A DNA stretch of 64,000 bases, from assembly GCA_022511345.1 (NCBI GenBank), contig JAFLRR010000009.1:15442-79441 (forward strand), read 5' to 3'. Below the pieces are notes generated by a model that ran no database searches, was not told the origin of the DNA, and worked only from the letters and a program-made list of their open reading frames with translations. The translations under genes were made by a program, and so were the position numbers. The DNA is from Alistipes sp. (lineage in GTDB: Bacteria > Bacteroidota > Bacteroidia > Bacteroidales > Rikenellaceae). Shown here piece by piece: positions 1-9,110 of the stretch; position 1 is the first letter of the stretch; every line of letters starts with the position of its first letter.

Positions 1-49
1 GCTCTTCGTCGGACATGCCCGATGCTTTTTCGTTGTCCAAATCTTCCAT
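1..49 (-). CDS. 5' part of a possible CDS running off the window edge (MEDLDNEKASGMSDEE...)
   Basis: ATG at 49 on the minus strand, open to position 1, just downstream of the ECF sigma gene. Too short to identify. Confidence 0.4.
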   Translation of the reverse strand, partial: MEDLDNEKASGMSDEE

Positions 50-105
50 AGGCTGCGTTCTGTTTACTCACATAACGTCGTGCCCCGGGGTAATATTGCG
101 TGCCG

Positions 106-690
106 TCAGCTCAAAACGAGATTTTTCTCCTTAATCATTCGCCTGAGGTTTATCAGTGCGTAACGCATGCGGCCCAATGCCGTGTTAATGCTCACGCCCG
201 TCTGCTCGGCTATCTCCTTGAAGCTCAATCCCGAGAAGTAGCGCATAACCACCACTTCGCGCTGCTCTTCCGGCAGCGCCTCGACCAGTTTTCGCACGTC
301 GGCCTCGATTTGCGCCGAGACCATTTCGTCCTCGATGCTGTCTTCGGCCATTCGCAGCGAACCGAATATGTCGTATCCGGCCTCTGTTTCGTTTATCACG
401 CGGTTCTGCTTCTGCGTTCTGAACCGGTCTATCACCTGGTTGTGTGCGATTCGCAGAATCCACGAGAGAAATTTGCCGTTGTCGGTGTAGCGGCCCGAGT
501 CTATGACGCGGACAGCCTTTATCAAGGTCTCCTGCAGGATGTCATCGGCCAGCTCGCGGTCCTTGACCAGCATGACGATGTAGTCGCGGATGCGGCGGCT
601 GTGACGCTCGATGAGTTGGGAAATGGCACTGCGATTACCCGAAAGATAGCTATTAAGCAGCATCTTGTCGCTTAATACTTCTGCGTTCAT
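106..690 (-). CDS. ECF (sigma-70 family) RNA polymerase sigma factor
   Basis: Region 2 (DDILQETLIKA...KFLSWILRIAHNQVIDRFR) and region 4 HTH (LPEEQREVVVMRYFSGLSFKEIAEQTGVSINTALGRMRYA). Confidence 0.95.
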   Translation of the reverse strand: MNAEVLSDKMLLNSYLSGNRSAISQLIERHSRRIRDYIVMLVKDRELADDILQETLIKAVRVIDSGRYTDNGKFLSWILRIAHNQVIDRFRTQKQNRVINETEAGYDIFGSLRMAEDSIEDEMVSAQIEADVRKLVEALPEEQREVVVMRYFSGLSFKEIAEQTGVSINTALGRMRYALINLRRMIKEKNLVLS

Positions 691-1018
691 ACTCTTTTCT
701 CCTTTTAGTTACAAGAGCACAAATTTTTCGATAGGCAATCCGTTTTTCAGTTGTTAATAATTCAATGCTCCGACCCGCCGGCTGCCGTACTGCGCAACCG
801 CTGTGCGTGTCGTTTACGGATGCAAGGTAGCGACTTTCGGCCAAATATCCAAATTCGTCCGTTCGGACCCCGGCCGGCATTTTCGCGCCGCATCCGCGTC
901 CGAACAGAACAAAATCCGTGCCGCAATGCGTTGTGGCTGCGTTTGGCAGTCGCATGTCATGCCCTTCCGCTCCCGGGCGAAACGGAATTTTTGACCGGTG
1001 AACCGCCCCATCCGTCTG

Positions 1019-1046
1019 TGTCATTCTGAGCGAAGTCGAAGAATCT
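1019..1046. repeat. Single REP-like palindromic element TGTCATTCTGAGCGAAGTCGAAGAATCT
   Basis: Internal ATTCT/AGAAT inverted repeat. Resembles CGTC/TGTC-tagged REP families. Only one copy in the window. Confidence 0.5.
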
Positions 1047-1059
1047 CACTCAATAGAAT

Positions 1060-1090
1060 TTTGTGGAACGCAATATTATTTCTATATTTG
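1060..1090 (+). promoter_or_regulatory. Bacteroidetes housekeeping promoter (-33 TTTG, -7 TAtaTTTG)
   Basis: TTTG 1060-1063, 19-nt spacer, TATATTTG 1083-1090. Confidence 0.75.
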
Positions 1091-1350
1091 CATTGCGTTC
1101 TGTGAGGGACGCATACATATACAATAATAAAGCATTGACTTTACTTTCGATTGAAGAAAACTTGGCGGTTTTTTATTGCGTAGAAAGGGGCAAGGTTAAT
1201 GTTCACGTCGTTTTTAGGCGTGAGCATTTCTGCATAATCTTCTACGCGGGTTCGCCAAGACCTTCTTCAGTGATGATGTTAGCATTGTTCACGCTTTTTT
1301 ATTGTTTGATTGCGAAAAACTATTATTAACCAATTAAACAATAAATATTT

Positions 1351-2148
1351 ATGAAAAAACTTTTATTAATCGGCCTGATTGCCATGCTCGGCATATCGAC
1401 CGCAGAGGCGAAAAAGAAACAGATTAAAACACAGAAAATTCGCCAAGCAGTAACAGTTACCAGCTTACCTGACGGAGCTTCGGTCTATGTGGACGGAAAG
1501 CAGGTTCTGGCTAGGACTCCGGGTGCTGTTGATATTGAATTTCAGGGCTTTATCACACCTGACAAGAAAAATATGGATGCCGCTTACAAAGAGGCCAAAC
1601 GTCTTAGCAGTGTTACTTTGACAGTTGTTAAGGATGGGTATATTCAGAAAGACGTTGTACTTGAACCGAGTATTTCGATGCAGAAAGTTTTAACAAAATC
1701 CATATATATTTTTGATTGGCCGAAAATAGTCAACGTTGACCTTGAACCGGCACGAGGCGGCGCATACGATAAAGACACAAGTATGCGGGCCGGCGAAGCT
1801 GGAAATGTTGTCAATCGCGACCGTCCGGGTCAGACTGCGTTGGAGCGCACGATTATCCGTTGGTATTTCGAATCGGCACCGCAGGGCGCACGCATCTTCT
1901 GGCGCGTGATTTCGAGCGTGCCCGACCAGGTGAAGAACACCAACGAAAACTGGTTGGGCAACACTCCGTTCGAGGAGACGCGTTCGTTTAATATTCAGGG
2001 GCTTACCTACGAGAATTCGCGCGACGTGCAGATTGAAATCAAGGTTCGCCGCCCGGGATATCTCGACCAAACCAAACGATTCAATGTCCGTCAGGCCATC
2101 GACCAGCAGGAAATCAGCAGCTTCTTCGATATGATAAAAGCTGATTAA
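1351..2148 (+). CDS. Secreted PEGA-domain protein
   Basis: Signal peptide [24 protein letters not shown]-like [14 protein letters not shown]...TP and a second PEGA-like segment [11 protein letters not shown]...LGNTP...RRPGY. Confidence 0.75.
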   Translation: MKKLLLIGLIAMLGISTAEAKKKQIKTQKIRQAVTVTSLPDGASVYVDGKQVLARTPGAVDIEFQGFITPDKKNMDAAYKEAKRLSSVTLTVVKDGYIQKDVVLEPSISMQKVLTKSIYIFDWPKIVNVDLEPARGGAYDKDTSMRAGEAGNVVNRDRPGQTALERTIIRWYFESAPQGARIFWRVISSVPDQVKNTNENWLGNTPFEETRSFNIQGLTYENSRDVQIEIKVRRPGYLDQTKRFNVRQAIDQQEISSFFDMIKAD

Positions 2149-2177
2149 CTAAAAACCTCATTTTCGGAATCGACGTG

Positions 2178-2206
2178 CAGCCTGCCCCGACGGCAGGCTG
2201 TTTTTT
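2178..2206 (+). terminator. Intrinsic terminator
   Basis: CAGCCTGCC/GGCAGGCTG stem followed by T6. Confidence 0.85.
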
Positions 2207-2276
2207 GCGTGGCGTAGCAATACGATATATTGGAATTTTTGTTAATTTTGCGGCGGAAAAACAAAAGAATCATTAT

Positions 2277-3761
2277 ATGGCAATAGAACTCAAAGACCTG
2301 ACCAAATCCGAAGACAACTACTCGCAGTGGTACAACGATTTGGTGGTCAAAGCCGGACTGGCCGAGAACTCGGCAGTCAGGGGCTGCATGGTGATAAAGC
2401 CCTATGGATACGCCATCTGGGAGAAGATGCAGGCGGCGCTCGACGGAATGTTCAAGGCTACGGGCCACCAGAACGCATACTTCCCCCTGTTCATCCCCAA
2501 ATCGTTCTTCTCGCGCGAGGCTCACCACGTCGAGGGCTTCGCCAAGGAGTGCGCCGTGGTTACGCACTACCGCCTGAAGAACGACCCCGAGGGCAAGGGC
2601 GTGGTCGTAGACCCCGACGCCAAACTCGAGGAGGAGCTCATCGTGCGCCCCACCTCCGAGACAATCATCTGGAACACCTACAAGAACTGGATTCAGTCCT
2701 ACCGCGACCTGCCCATCCTGTGCAACCAGTGGGCCAACGTGGTCCGCTGGGAGATGCGCACGCGTCTGTTCCTGCGCACGGCCGAGTTCCTCTGGCAGGA
2801 GGGACACACGGCCCACGCCACCCGCGAGGAGGCCATAGAGGAGGCCATGAAGATGGTTCACGTCTACGAGGATTTCGCGCAGAACTGGATGGCGCTGCCC
2901 GTGGTCGTGGGTCACAAGTCGCCCAACGAGCGATTCGCAGGCGCCGAGGATACGCTCACCATCGAGGCTCTGATGCAGGACGGCAAGGCTCTGCAGAGCG
3001 GCACGTCGCACTTCCTGGGTCAGAATTTCGCCAAGGCTTTCGACGTGCAGTATGTCAACAAGGAGGGCAAGCAGGAGTATGTGTGGGCAACGTCGTGGGG
3101 CGTGTCGACCCGTCTGATGGGTGCGCTCATCATGGCCCACTCGGACAACAACGGTCTGGTGCTGCCGCCGAAACTCGCCCCCATACAGGTGGTGCTGGTA
3201 CCTATATACAAAGGCGACGAGCAGCTGGCCGACATGCGCAGCCGCCTGAACCGCATAGCCGACGAGCTGCGCGCCAAGGGACTGAGCGTCAAGGTCGACG
3301 ACCGCGACAACGTGCGTTCGGGCTTCAAGTTCGCCGAGTATGAGCTCAAGGGCGTGCCCGTGCGTCTGGCCATGGGTCCGCGCGACGTGGAGAACGGCAC
3401 CATCGAGCTGGCGCGCCGCGACACGCTGACCAAGGAGACCGTTCCGCAGGAGGGTCTGGCCGAGCGCTGCGCAGCGTTGATGGACGAGATTCAGAAGAAT
3501 ATATTCCAGAAGGCGCTGACATACCGCAACTCGATGATTACCAAGGTCGACACCTGGGACGAGTTCGTCGAGACGCTCAACACCAAGGGCGGCTTCATCT
3601 CGGCACACTGGGACGGCACGGTCGAGACCGAGGTGGCAATCAAGGATGCCACCAAGGCCACCATACGCTGCATTCCGCTGGATGCCGAGGACGAGGATGG
3701 CAAGTGCATATTCTCGGGCAAGCCCTCGAAGCGCCGCGTATTGTTCGCCCGAAGCTACTGA
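2277..3761 (+). CDS. proS: Proline--tRNA ligase (archaeal/eukaryote-like type, no INS editing domain)
   Basis: YSQWY, motif 2 [53 protein letters not shown]-terminal TIRCIP...C..SG. Start moved to ATG 2277. Confidence 0.97.
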   Translation: MAIELKDLTKSEDNYSQWYNDLVVKAGLAENSAVRGCMVIKPYGYAIWEKMQAALDGMFKATGHQNAYFPLFIPKSFFSREAHHVEGFAKECAVVTHYRLKNDPEGKGVVVDPDAKLEEELIVRPTSETIIWNTYKNWIQSYRDLPILCNQWANVVRWEMRTRLFLRTAEFLWQEGHTAHATREEAIEEAMKMVHVYEDFAQNWMALPVVVGHKSPNERFAGAEDTLTIEALMQDGKALQSGTSHFLGQNFAKAFDVQYVNKEGKQEYVWATSWGVSTRLMGALIMAHSDNNGLVLPPKLAPIQVVLVPIYKGDEQLADMRSRLNRIADELRAKGLSVKVDDRDNVRSGFKFAEYELKGVPVRLAMGPRDVENGTIELARRDTLTKETVPQEGLAERCAALMDEIQKNIFQKALTYRNSMITKVDTWDEFVETLNTKGGFISAHWDGTVETEVAIKDATKATIRCIPLDAEDEDGKCIFSGKPSKRRVLFARSY

Positions 3762-3781
3762 TCGGGCGCCGAAGATGTCAG

Positions 3782-3812
3782 AGGCCGGAACCGGAAAGGG
3801 TTCCGGCCTTTG
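3782..3812 (+). terminator. Terminator-like hairpin after proS
   Basis: AGGCCGGAACC/GGTTCCGGCCT stem followed by TTGT. Confidence 0.75.
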
Positions 3813-3837
3813 TCGTAAAGTGCCGCGGGTTCGCAAA

Positions 3838-3928
3838 CAGGCATGCCGGCGTGCGGGCGTGCGGCAACGGATGCGTACAAGCGGCGGATGTGCGGCTGAC
3901 GGGCGTCAGGCATGCCGGCGTGCGGGCG
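3838..3928. repeat. Two exact 22-bp direct repeats CAGGCATGCCGGCGTGCGGGCG
   Basis: Copies at 3838-3859 and 3907-3928. Confidence 0.85.
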
Positions 3929-4096
3929 GCCGGGGTGCAGCAAACGGGCGGCCGGGGAGATGCCGGCAAGAGCGGCGAAAGATATAATAACGGTCGAAAA
4001 TATGTTATTTGCGAAAAAAAACTTATCTTTGAAATTCCGCGGCCTGCGTTTTGGAGCGGCCGGCGGAGAAAGAGTCAGTAATTTTTAGTGTACGAT

Positions 4097-4753
4097 ATGA
4101 AAAAAGCCAGACTGCTGGCATTTCTGCTGCTGGCGTGCTCAGCCACCGCCGAGGCGCAGAAGATGACCGACGCGGAACTATACCACAGCGACAACCGCCG
4201 CCGCAGCCGCCTGCGCACCGAATGGAGCGCTTCGGCAGGCGTGTCGTTCGCCGACTACACGGCCGACGGCAGCCAGATAAGCATTTCGCCCAAGACGGGA
4301 TACCATGCGGGATTCTCGCTCGGACTGCTGTTCGGCAAGCGCATGGCACTGATTCCCGAGCTGCGGTTCACCCACTCGGCATTCTCGATGACGGGCCGCG
4401 CGGGCGGAAAGGCAAGCATAAAGACCAACTCGATAGACTTCCCGCTGCTGTTCGAGTACCGCATACTGGCCGGACGCCTGCGATTCAGCGCCGGCCCCTC
4501 GTTCACGCTCATGAACAAGGGCCGCTACACATACGGCAGCCACACCGAGGACGGAATGCGCTTCCGCCCCACGGTGACATATGCCGTGGGCGCCACGGGC
4601 GTCATAGGGCGGCACCTGATGATAGGCGTGAGGTTCAACGGACAGTTCAACCGCACGGAGCAGATTATGGGTTTCAGCCGCGACGACGCCGACTACGAGT
4701 CGTTCCGCCTCGGGTCGCGTACCATATCGGCGGGAATAGGATATAAATTTTAG
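4097..4753 (+). CDS. Outer-membrane beta-barrel (porin/PorT-like) protein
   Basis: Signal peptide, alternating beta-strand pattern, C-terminal ISAGIGYKF ending in Phe. Start at ATG 4097. Confidence 0.8.
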   Translation: MKKARLLAFLLLACSATAEAQKMTDAELYHSDNRRRSRLRTEWSASAGVSFADYTADGSQISISPKTGYHAGFSLGLLFGKRMALIPELRFTHSAFSMTGRAGGKASIKTNSIDFPLLFEYRILAGRLRFSAGPSFTLMNKGRYTYGSHTEDGMRFRPTVTYAVGATGVIGRHLMIGVRFNGQFNRTEQIMGFSRDDADYESFRLGSRTISAGIGYKF

Positions 4754-4756
4754 CGT

Positions 4757-5770
4757 ATGGAGAGCCAGCCGACAAACAGTGAGATAGCCGTCAGCGGCGT
4801 AGACCCGCGCGAGTTGTACGGTCCGCGAAACGAGTTTCTGGAGCAGATTCGCGAGCTGCACCCGCAGCTCAAAATCGTGGCCCGCGGCTCGATGCTCAAG
4901 ACCATAGGCCCCCAGGCCGAGGTGAGCAGATTCGAGCGCCGCATGCTGCAGCTGATTCAGTACTACTCGAAATACGGCCACATATCACAGGAGGTGGTGG
5001 CGCAGTGCTTCAGTGGCGCGGCGGCCGTGGAAGAGGCCCCTACGGACCGCGACACGATACTCTTCGGAAACAGCGGCACGCCCATACGCGCCCGCACGGT
5101 AAACCAGCGGCGCATGGTCGAATCGTTCGCACAGAACGACCTGCTGTTCGCCGTGGGACCCGCCGGTTCGGGCAAGACATACACAGCCATAGCGCTGGCC
5201 GTCAGGGCTCTGCGCGAAAAGGAGGTGCGGCGCGTGATACTCACCCGTCCGGCGGTCGAGGCGGGCGAGAAGCTGGGATTTCTGCCCGGCGACATGAAGG
5301 AGAAGCTCGACCCCTATCTGCAGCCGCTCTACGATGCGCTCAACGACATGATTCCGGCCGCAAAGCTGCAGAAATACATCGAGGAGGGGACGGTGCAGAT
5401 AGCCCCGCTGGCATACATGCGCGGCCGCACGTTAGACAACGCATTCGTCATACTCGACGAGGCGCAGAACACCACGCTGCCCCAGATAAAGATGTTTCTG
5501 ACGCGCATGGGCCGCAACGCCAAATTCATAGTCACGGGCGACGTGACGCAGATAGACCTGCCACACCGCAGCGACAGCGGCCTGACGCGCGCGATGGACA
5601 TACTCGGCGGCATGGAGGGCGTGGCGACCGTCGAGTTCGACAAGCGCGACATAGTGCGCCACCCGCTGGTAAAGCACATAGTCGACGCCTTCGAGCGCCA
5701 CGACGCCCAAGTGCGCCAGGCGCTGCGCAGCAAGGATGAAAACAACAAAATCAAAACAATAGAACCATGA
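4757..5770 (+). CDS. phoH: PhoH family protein
   Basis: GPAGSGKT Walker A, LTRPAVEAGEKLGFLPGD, PLAYMRGRT, ILDEAQN, GDVTQIDLP, DIVRHPLV. Confidence 0.95.
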   Translation: MESQPTNSEIAVSGVDPRELYGPRNEFLEQIRELHPQLKIVARGSMLKTIGPQAEVSRFERRMLQLIQYYSKYGHISQEVVAQCFSGAAAVEEAPTDRDTILFGNSGTPIRARTVNQRRMVESFAQNDLLFAVGPAGSGKTYTAIALAVRALREKEVRRVILTRPAVEAGEKLGFLPGDMKEKLDPYLQPLYDALNDMIPAAKLQKYIEEGTVQIAPLAYMRGRTLDNAFVILDEAQNTTLPQIKMFLTRMGRNAKFIVTGDVTQIDLPHRSDSGLTRAMDILGGMEGVATVEFDKRDIVRHPLVKHIVDAFERHDAQVRQALRSKDENNKIKTIEP

Positions 5771-7230
5771 ACAAGAACCTTCAATCGCTCTCGCCCGCCC
5801 TCGTGTGGAAGCACTTCGCACGCATAGCGGCAATACCCCACCCCTCGTCGCACGAGGAGCGCATACGCGAGTATATAGTCGAGACCGTCAAGTCGCTGGG
5901 CCTGGAGTGCAGCGAGGATGCGGCGCACAACATACACGCATTCAAGCCCGCAACAAGCGGCATGGAGAACCGCAAGGGAATAATCCTGCAGGCACATCTG
6001 GACATGGTGCCGCAGAAGAACAACGACAAGCAGTTCGACTTCCTCAACGACCCGATCGAGGCATACATCGACGGCGACTGGGTTACGGCCGACGGAACAA
6101 CGCTCGGCGCCGACAACGGAATAGGCGCCGCGGCGATACTGGCCGTGCTCGAGGACAAGACGCTGGTTCACGGTCCCGTAGAGGCTCTGTTCACGGCTAC
6201 CGAGGAGACCGGCATGGACGGTGCCTTCGGACTCGAGGCGGGAGTGCTCAAGGGCGAGATTCTGCTGAATCTCGACTCCGAAACCGAGGGCGAGCTCTAT
6301 GTAGGATGCGCCGGCGGAATGGATGCCGACATAAGGCTGCCGTATGAGGCGGAGAAGGCTCCGCAGCAGGGTTACAAGGCTCTGAAAATCGACGTCAAAG
6401 GACTGAAGGGCGGACACTCGGGAATACAGATAGTCTGCCAGCGCGCTAACGCCAACAAGCTGCTGTTCCGCCTGCTGCTCGAGACCGAAAAGTACGGCGT
6501 GCTGCTGGCATCGGCAGACGGCGGCGGCCTGCGCAACGCAATACCGCGCGAGGCTTCGGCCACGGTGCTCGTGCCGCAGCAGCATGAGGAGCGATTCGCC
6601 CTAACGGTAGAGGAGTTCGAGAAGACGGTGCGCGCCGAATTCGAAGGCATAGAGGATTCGATTGCAGTCACGGCCGCAGCAACCGCGGCCCCGGCAGAAA
6701 TCATACCCGCCGCAACGACGGCAAAACTCATACGCGCGATTGTCGGATGTCCCGACGGCGTGCGCAAAATGTCGCCGGCAATGGAGGGTCTGGTCGAGAC
6801 CTCGACCAACCTGGCACGCGTAGTATCCGACGGCAAGTGCATAGCCGCGCAGTGTCTGCTGCGCAGCTCGGTGCGCAGCGAGAAGGAGGAGCTGGGCCAG
6901 GCCATAGCCGCAGTGTTCGAGCTGGCCGGCGCAAAGGTCACGCTCTCGGGCAGCTACGACGGCTGGAACCCCGACATGCAGTCGCCCATACTCAAGGCGA
7001 TGCGCGAATCGTACAGCGCACTCTACGGCCGCGAGCCGCAGGTGACGGCAATACACGCAGGTCTGGAGTGCGGAATCATCGGCAGCAAATATCCCGGACT
7101 GGACATGATATCGTTCGGCCCGACAATCTGCTACCCCCACTCGCCCGACGAGAAGGTAGAGATTGCATCGGTGGGCAAGTTCTACGACTTCCTGCTCCAC
7201 ACGCTCCGGAATGCACCCGTAAAGAAGTAG
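5767..7230 (+). CDS. pepD: Aminoacyl-histidine dipeptidase (M20C)
   Basis: LQAHLDMV, TTLGADNGIG, TEETGMDGA, LNLDSE, GGHSG, IHAGLECG, HSPDE. Confidence 0.95.
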   Translation: MNKNLQSLSPALVWKHFARIAAIPHPSSHEERIREYIVETVKSLGLECSEDAAHNIHAFKPATSGMENRKGIILQAHLDMVPQKNNDKQFDFLNDPIEAYIDGDWVTADGTTLGADNGIGAAAILAVLEDKTLVHGPVEALFTATEETGMDGAFGLEAGVLKGEILLNLDSETEGELYVGCAGGMDADIRLPYEAEKAPQQGYKALKIDVKGLKGGHSGIQIVCQRANANKLLFRLLLETEKYGVLLASADGGGLRNAIPREASATVLVPQQHEERFALTVEEFEKTVRAEFEGIEDSIAVTAAATAAPAEIIPAATTAKLIRAIVGCPDGVRKMSPAMEGLVETSTNLARVVSDGKCIAAQCLLRSSVRSEKEELGQAIAAVFELAGAKVTLSGSYDGWNPDMQSPILKAMRESYSALYGREPQVTAIHAGLECGIIGSKYPGLDMISFGPTICYPHSPDEKVEIASVGKFYDFLLHTLRNAPVKK

Positions 7231-7239
7231 TACTCAGAG

Positions 7240-8217
7240 TTGGTAAAGAACATTAACGTCGAACCCGCCAAGTGGTTCGCAATAGTCAACCCGGTGGCCG
7301 GCGGAGGGCGCGGACTGGACAGCTTCCCGCAGATATCGAAACTGTTGCGCGACAACGGAATATCGAGCGAGCCCGTCTTCACCGAGCACAAGTGCCACGC
7401 CACGGAGCTGACAGTAGACGCCGTGAACAGGGGCTATCGCCGCATACTGGTAATAGGCGGCGACGGCACCCTGCATGAAACGGTCAACGGATTGTTCATA
7501 CAGAAATCGGTGCCGCCCGAGCAGATTTCGCTGGCCGTGATAGCCGTAGGAACGGGAAACGACTGGGTGCGCATGTTCGGCATACCGGAGCGATTCTCGG
7601 AGGCTATAGCCGCAATACGCGAGGAGCACACATTCCTGCAGGATGTGGGTTGCGTGAGCTATGAGGAGGCACAGTTCCGCCAGAGCAGATACATGGCCAA
7701 CGTGGCCGGAGTGGGATTCGACGCCAGGGTCATCGACCGCTACAACCACCTGAGAAACAAGGGACGGCGCAGTCCGCTGCTGTATGCCCGCAGTCTGCTC
7801 AAGACTTTCTTCGGATACAAATCCACCGGAGTGAAGGTCACAGTCGACGGAGTGCAGGTCTACAACCACCTGCTCATGAGCGCCGCCATAGGAATATGTC
7901 AGTACAACGGCGGCGGAATAAGGCAGCTGCCAAAGGCCGTGGCGGATGACGGCCTGCTCGACATAACGATGATAAAGCCGGTGCACTGGTGGAACGTGGT
8001 ATTCCGCCTGCGCAAGCTATTCAACGGAAACATATATACAATAGGACACGTGATTCACGCCCAGGGGCGCAACATCAGAATAGAGTCTATACCGGCCGTG
8101 CAGCTCGAGGTCGACGGAGAACTGCTGGGGCACACGCCCGTAGAGTTCTCGGTGATAAAGCGAGCCATACGGGTGGTAGTGTCGAAATCGTTCATCGACA
8201 AGCGGCGCAACGGGTAG
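7240..8217 (+). CDS. Diacylglycerol kinase family lipid kinase
   Basis: IVNPVAG, IGGDGTLHETVNG, GTGNDW, GFDA, QYNGGG, LEVDGE. Confidence 0.92.
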   Translation: MVKNINVEPAKWFAIVNPVAGGGRGLDSFPQISKLLRDNGISSEPVFTEHKCHATELTVDAVNRGYRRILVIGGDGTLHETVNGLFIQKSVPPEQISLAVIAVGTGNDWVRMFGIPERFSEAIAAIREEHTFLQDVGCVSYEEAQFRQSRYMANVAGVGFDARVIDRYNHLRNKGRRSPLLYARSLLKTFFGYKSTGVKVTVDGVQVYNHLLMSAAIGICQYNGGGIRQLPKAVADDGLLDITMIKPVHWWNVVFRLRKLFNGNIYTIGHVIHAQGRNIRIESIPAVQLEVDGELLGHTPVEFSVIKRAIRVVVSKSFIDKRRNG

Positions 8218-9108
8218 CTAATCGCGGCGCATGCGGTAGTAGGTGCCCAGCGGCAGTCGCTTGCCGAACGAATCGGCGAAGCAGAGCTCGCCGGCCTGCT
8301 CGCGCGACGGCTCGCCGAAGAGCTGGCGCACGGCCGTGCAGGCTATCGTCGGCGACAATCCCATAGAATAGAGATTCAGCACAAGAAACGAATCGCGGGG
8401 CGCAAGCAGCCCGGCGCAGGCGGCAAGCATCTCGCCGATGTTCTCCTCGAGGACCCACTTCTCGCCCGCAGGACCGCGACCGTAGGCCGGCGGGTCGAGG
8501 ATTATGCCGTCGTAGCGGTTGCCGCGCCGCAGCTCGCGGCGAACGAACTTCAGCGCATCTTCGACAATCCACCGAACGCCGTCCAGGCCGCTCGACTCCA
8601 TATTCTCGCGTGCCCACGAGACGACCTGACGCACCGAGTCGACATGGGTCACGTCGGCGCCGGCAGCACGTGCGGCAAGGGTCGCGCCGCCCGTATAGGC
8701 GAACAGGTTCAGAACGCGCGGAGTGCGGCCCGCGGCACGAATCGAGAGGCACTCGTCGTGGATGAAGTCCCAATTGGCGGCCTGCTCGGGGAAGATGCCC
8801 ACATGCTTGAAGGCAGTGAAGCCCAGGCGCATGCGCAGCTTCATGGCTCCGTGCGAATAGTCGATGTGCCACCGTTCGGATATGCGCGGCGACGAGAAGC
8901 GCCACTCGCCGCGCTCGTCGCTGCGGCCCTCGCGAAGAAAAGATGCGTCGGCGCGACGGCGCCACTCCTCCTCAGAGAGGCTCTTGCTCCACACGGCCTG
9001 CGGCTCGGGACGCCGCAGGGTGAGGCTGCCGAAGCGTTCGAGTTTCTCGAATCCGCCCGAATCGAGCAGTTCATAGTTCTGAAACGATGGTGTAAGCTGT
9101 TCAAACAT
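8218..9108 (-). CDS. Class I SAM-dependent methyltransferase (RlmI/RlmK-like fold)
   Basis: HVGIFPEQ, VLNLFAYTGG, VTHVDS, YDGIILDPPAYGRGP. Confidence 0.85.
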   Translation of the reverse strand: MFEQLTPSFQNYELLDSGGFEKLERFGSLTLRRPEPQAVWSKSLSEEEWRRRADASFLREGRSDERGEWRFSSPRISERWHIDYSHGAMKLRMRLGFTAFKHVGIFPEQAANWDFIHDECLSIRAAGRTPRVLNLFAYTGGATLAARAAGADVTHVDSVRQVVSWARENMESSGLDGVRWIVEDALKFVRRELRRGNRYDGIILDPPAYGRGPAGEKWVLEENIGEMLAACAGLLAPRDSFLVLNLYSMGLSPTIACTAVRQLFGEPSREQAGELCFADSFGKRLPLGTYYRMRRD

Positions 9109-9110
9109 TG

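Noticed and set aside
1063-1329. 88-aa ORF in the AT-rich leader of the PEGA gene
   Set aside because: Starts at a GTG inside the promoter elements, so it could not be on that transcript. No recognisable features.
3838-3928. 22-bp direct repeats as a mini CRISPR array
   Set aside because: Only two copies, GC-rich spacer with related sub-repeats, no cas genes or leader.
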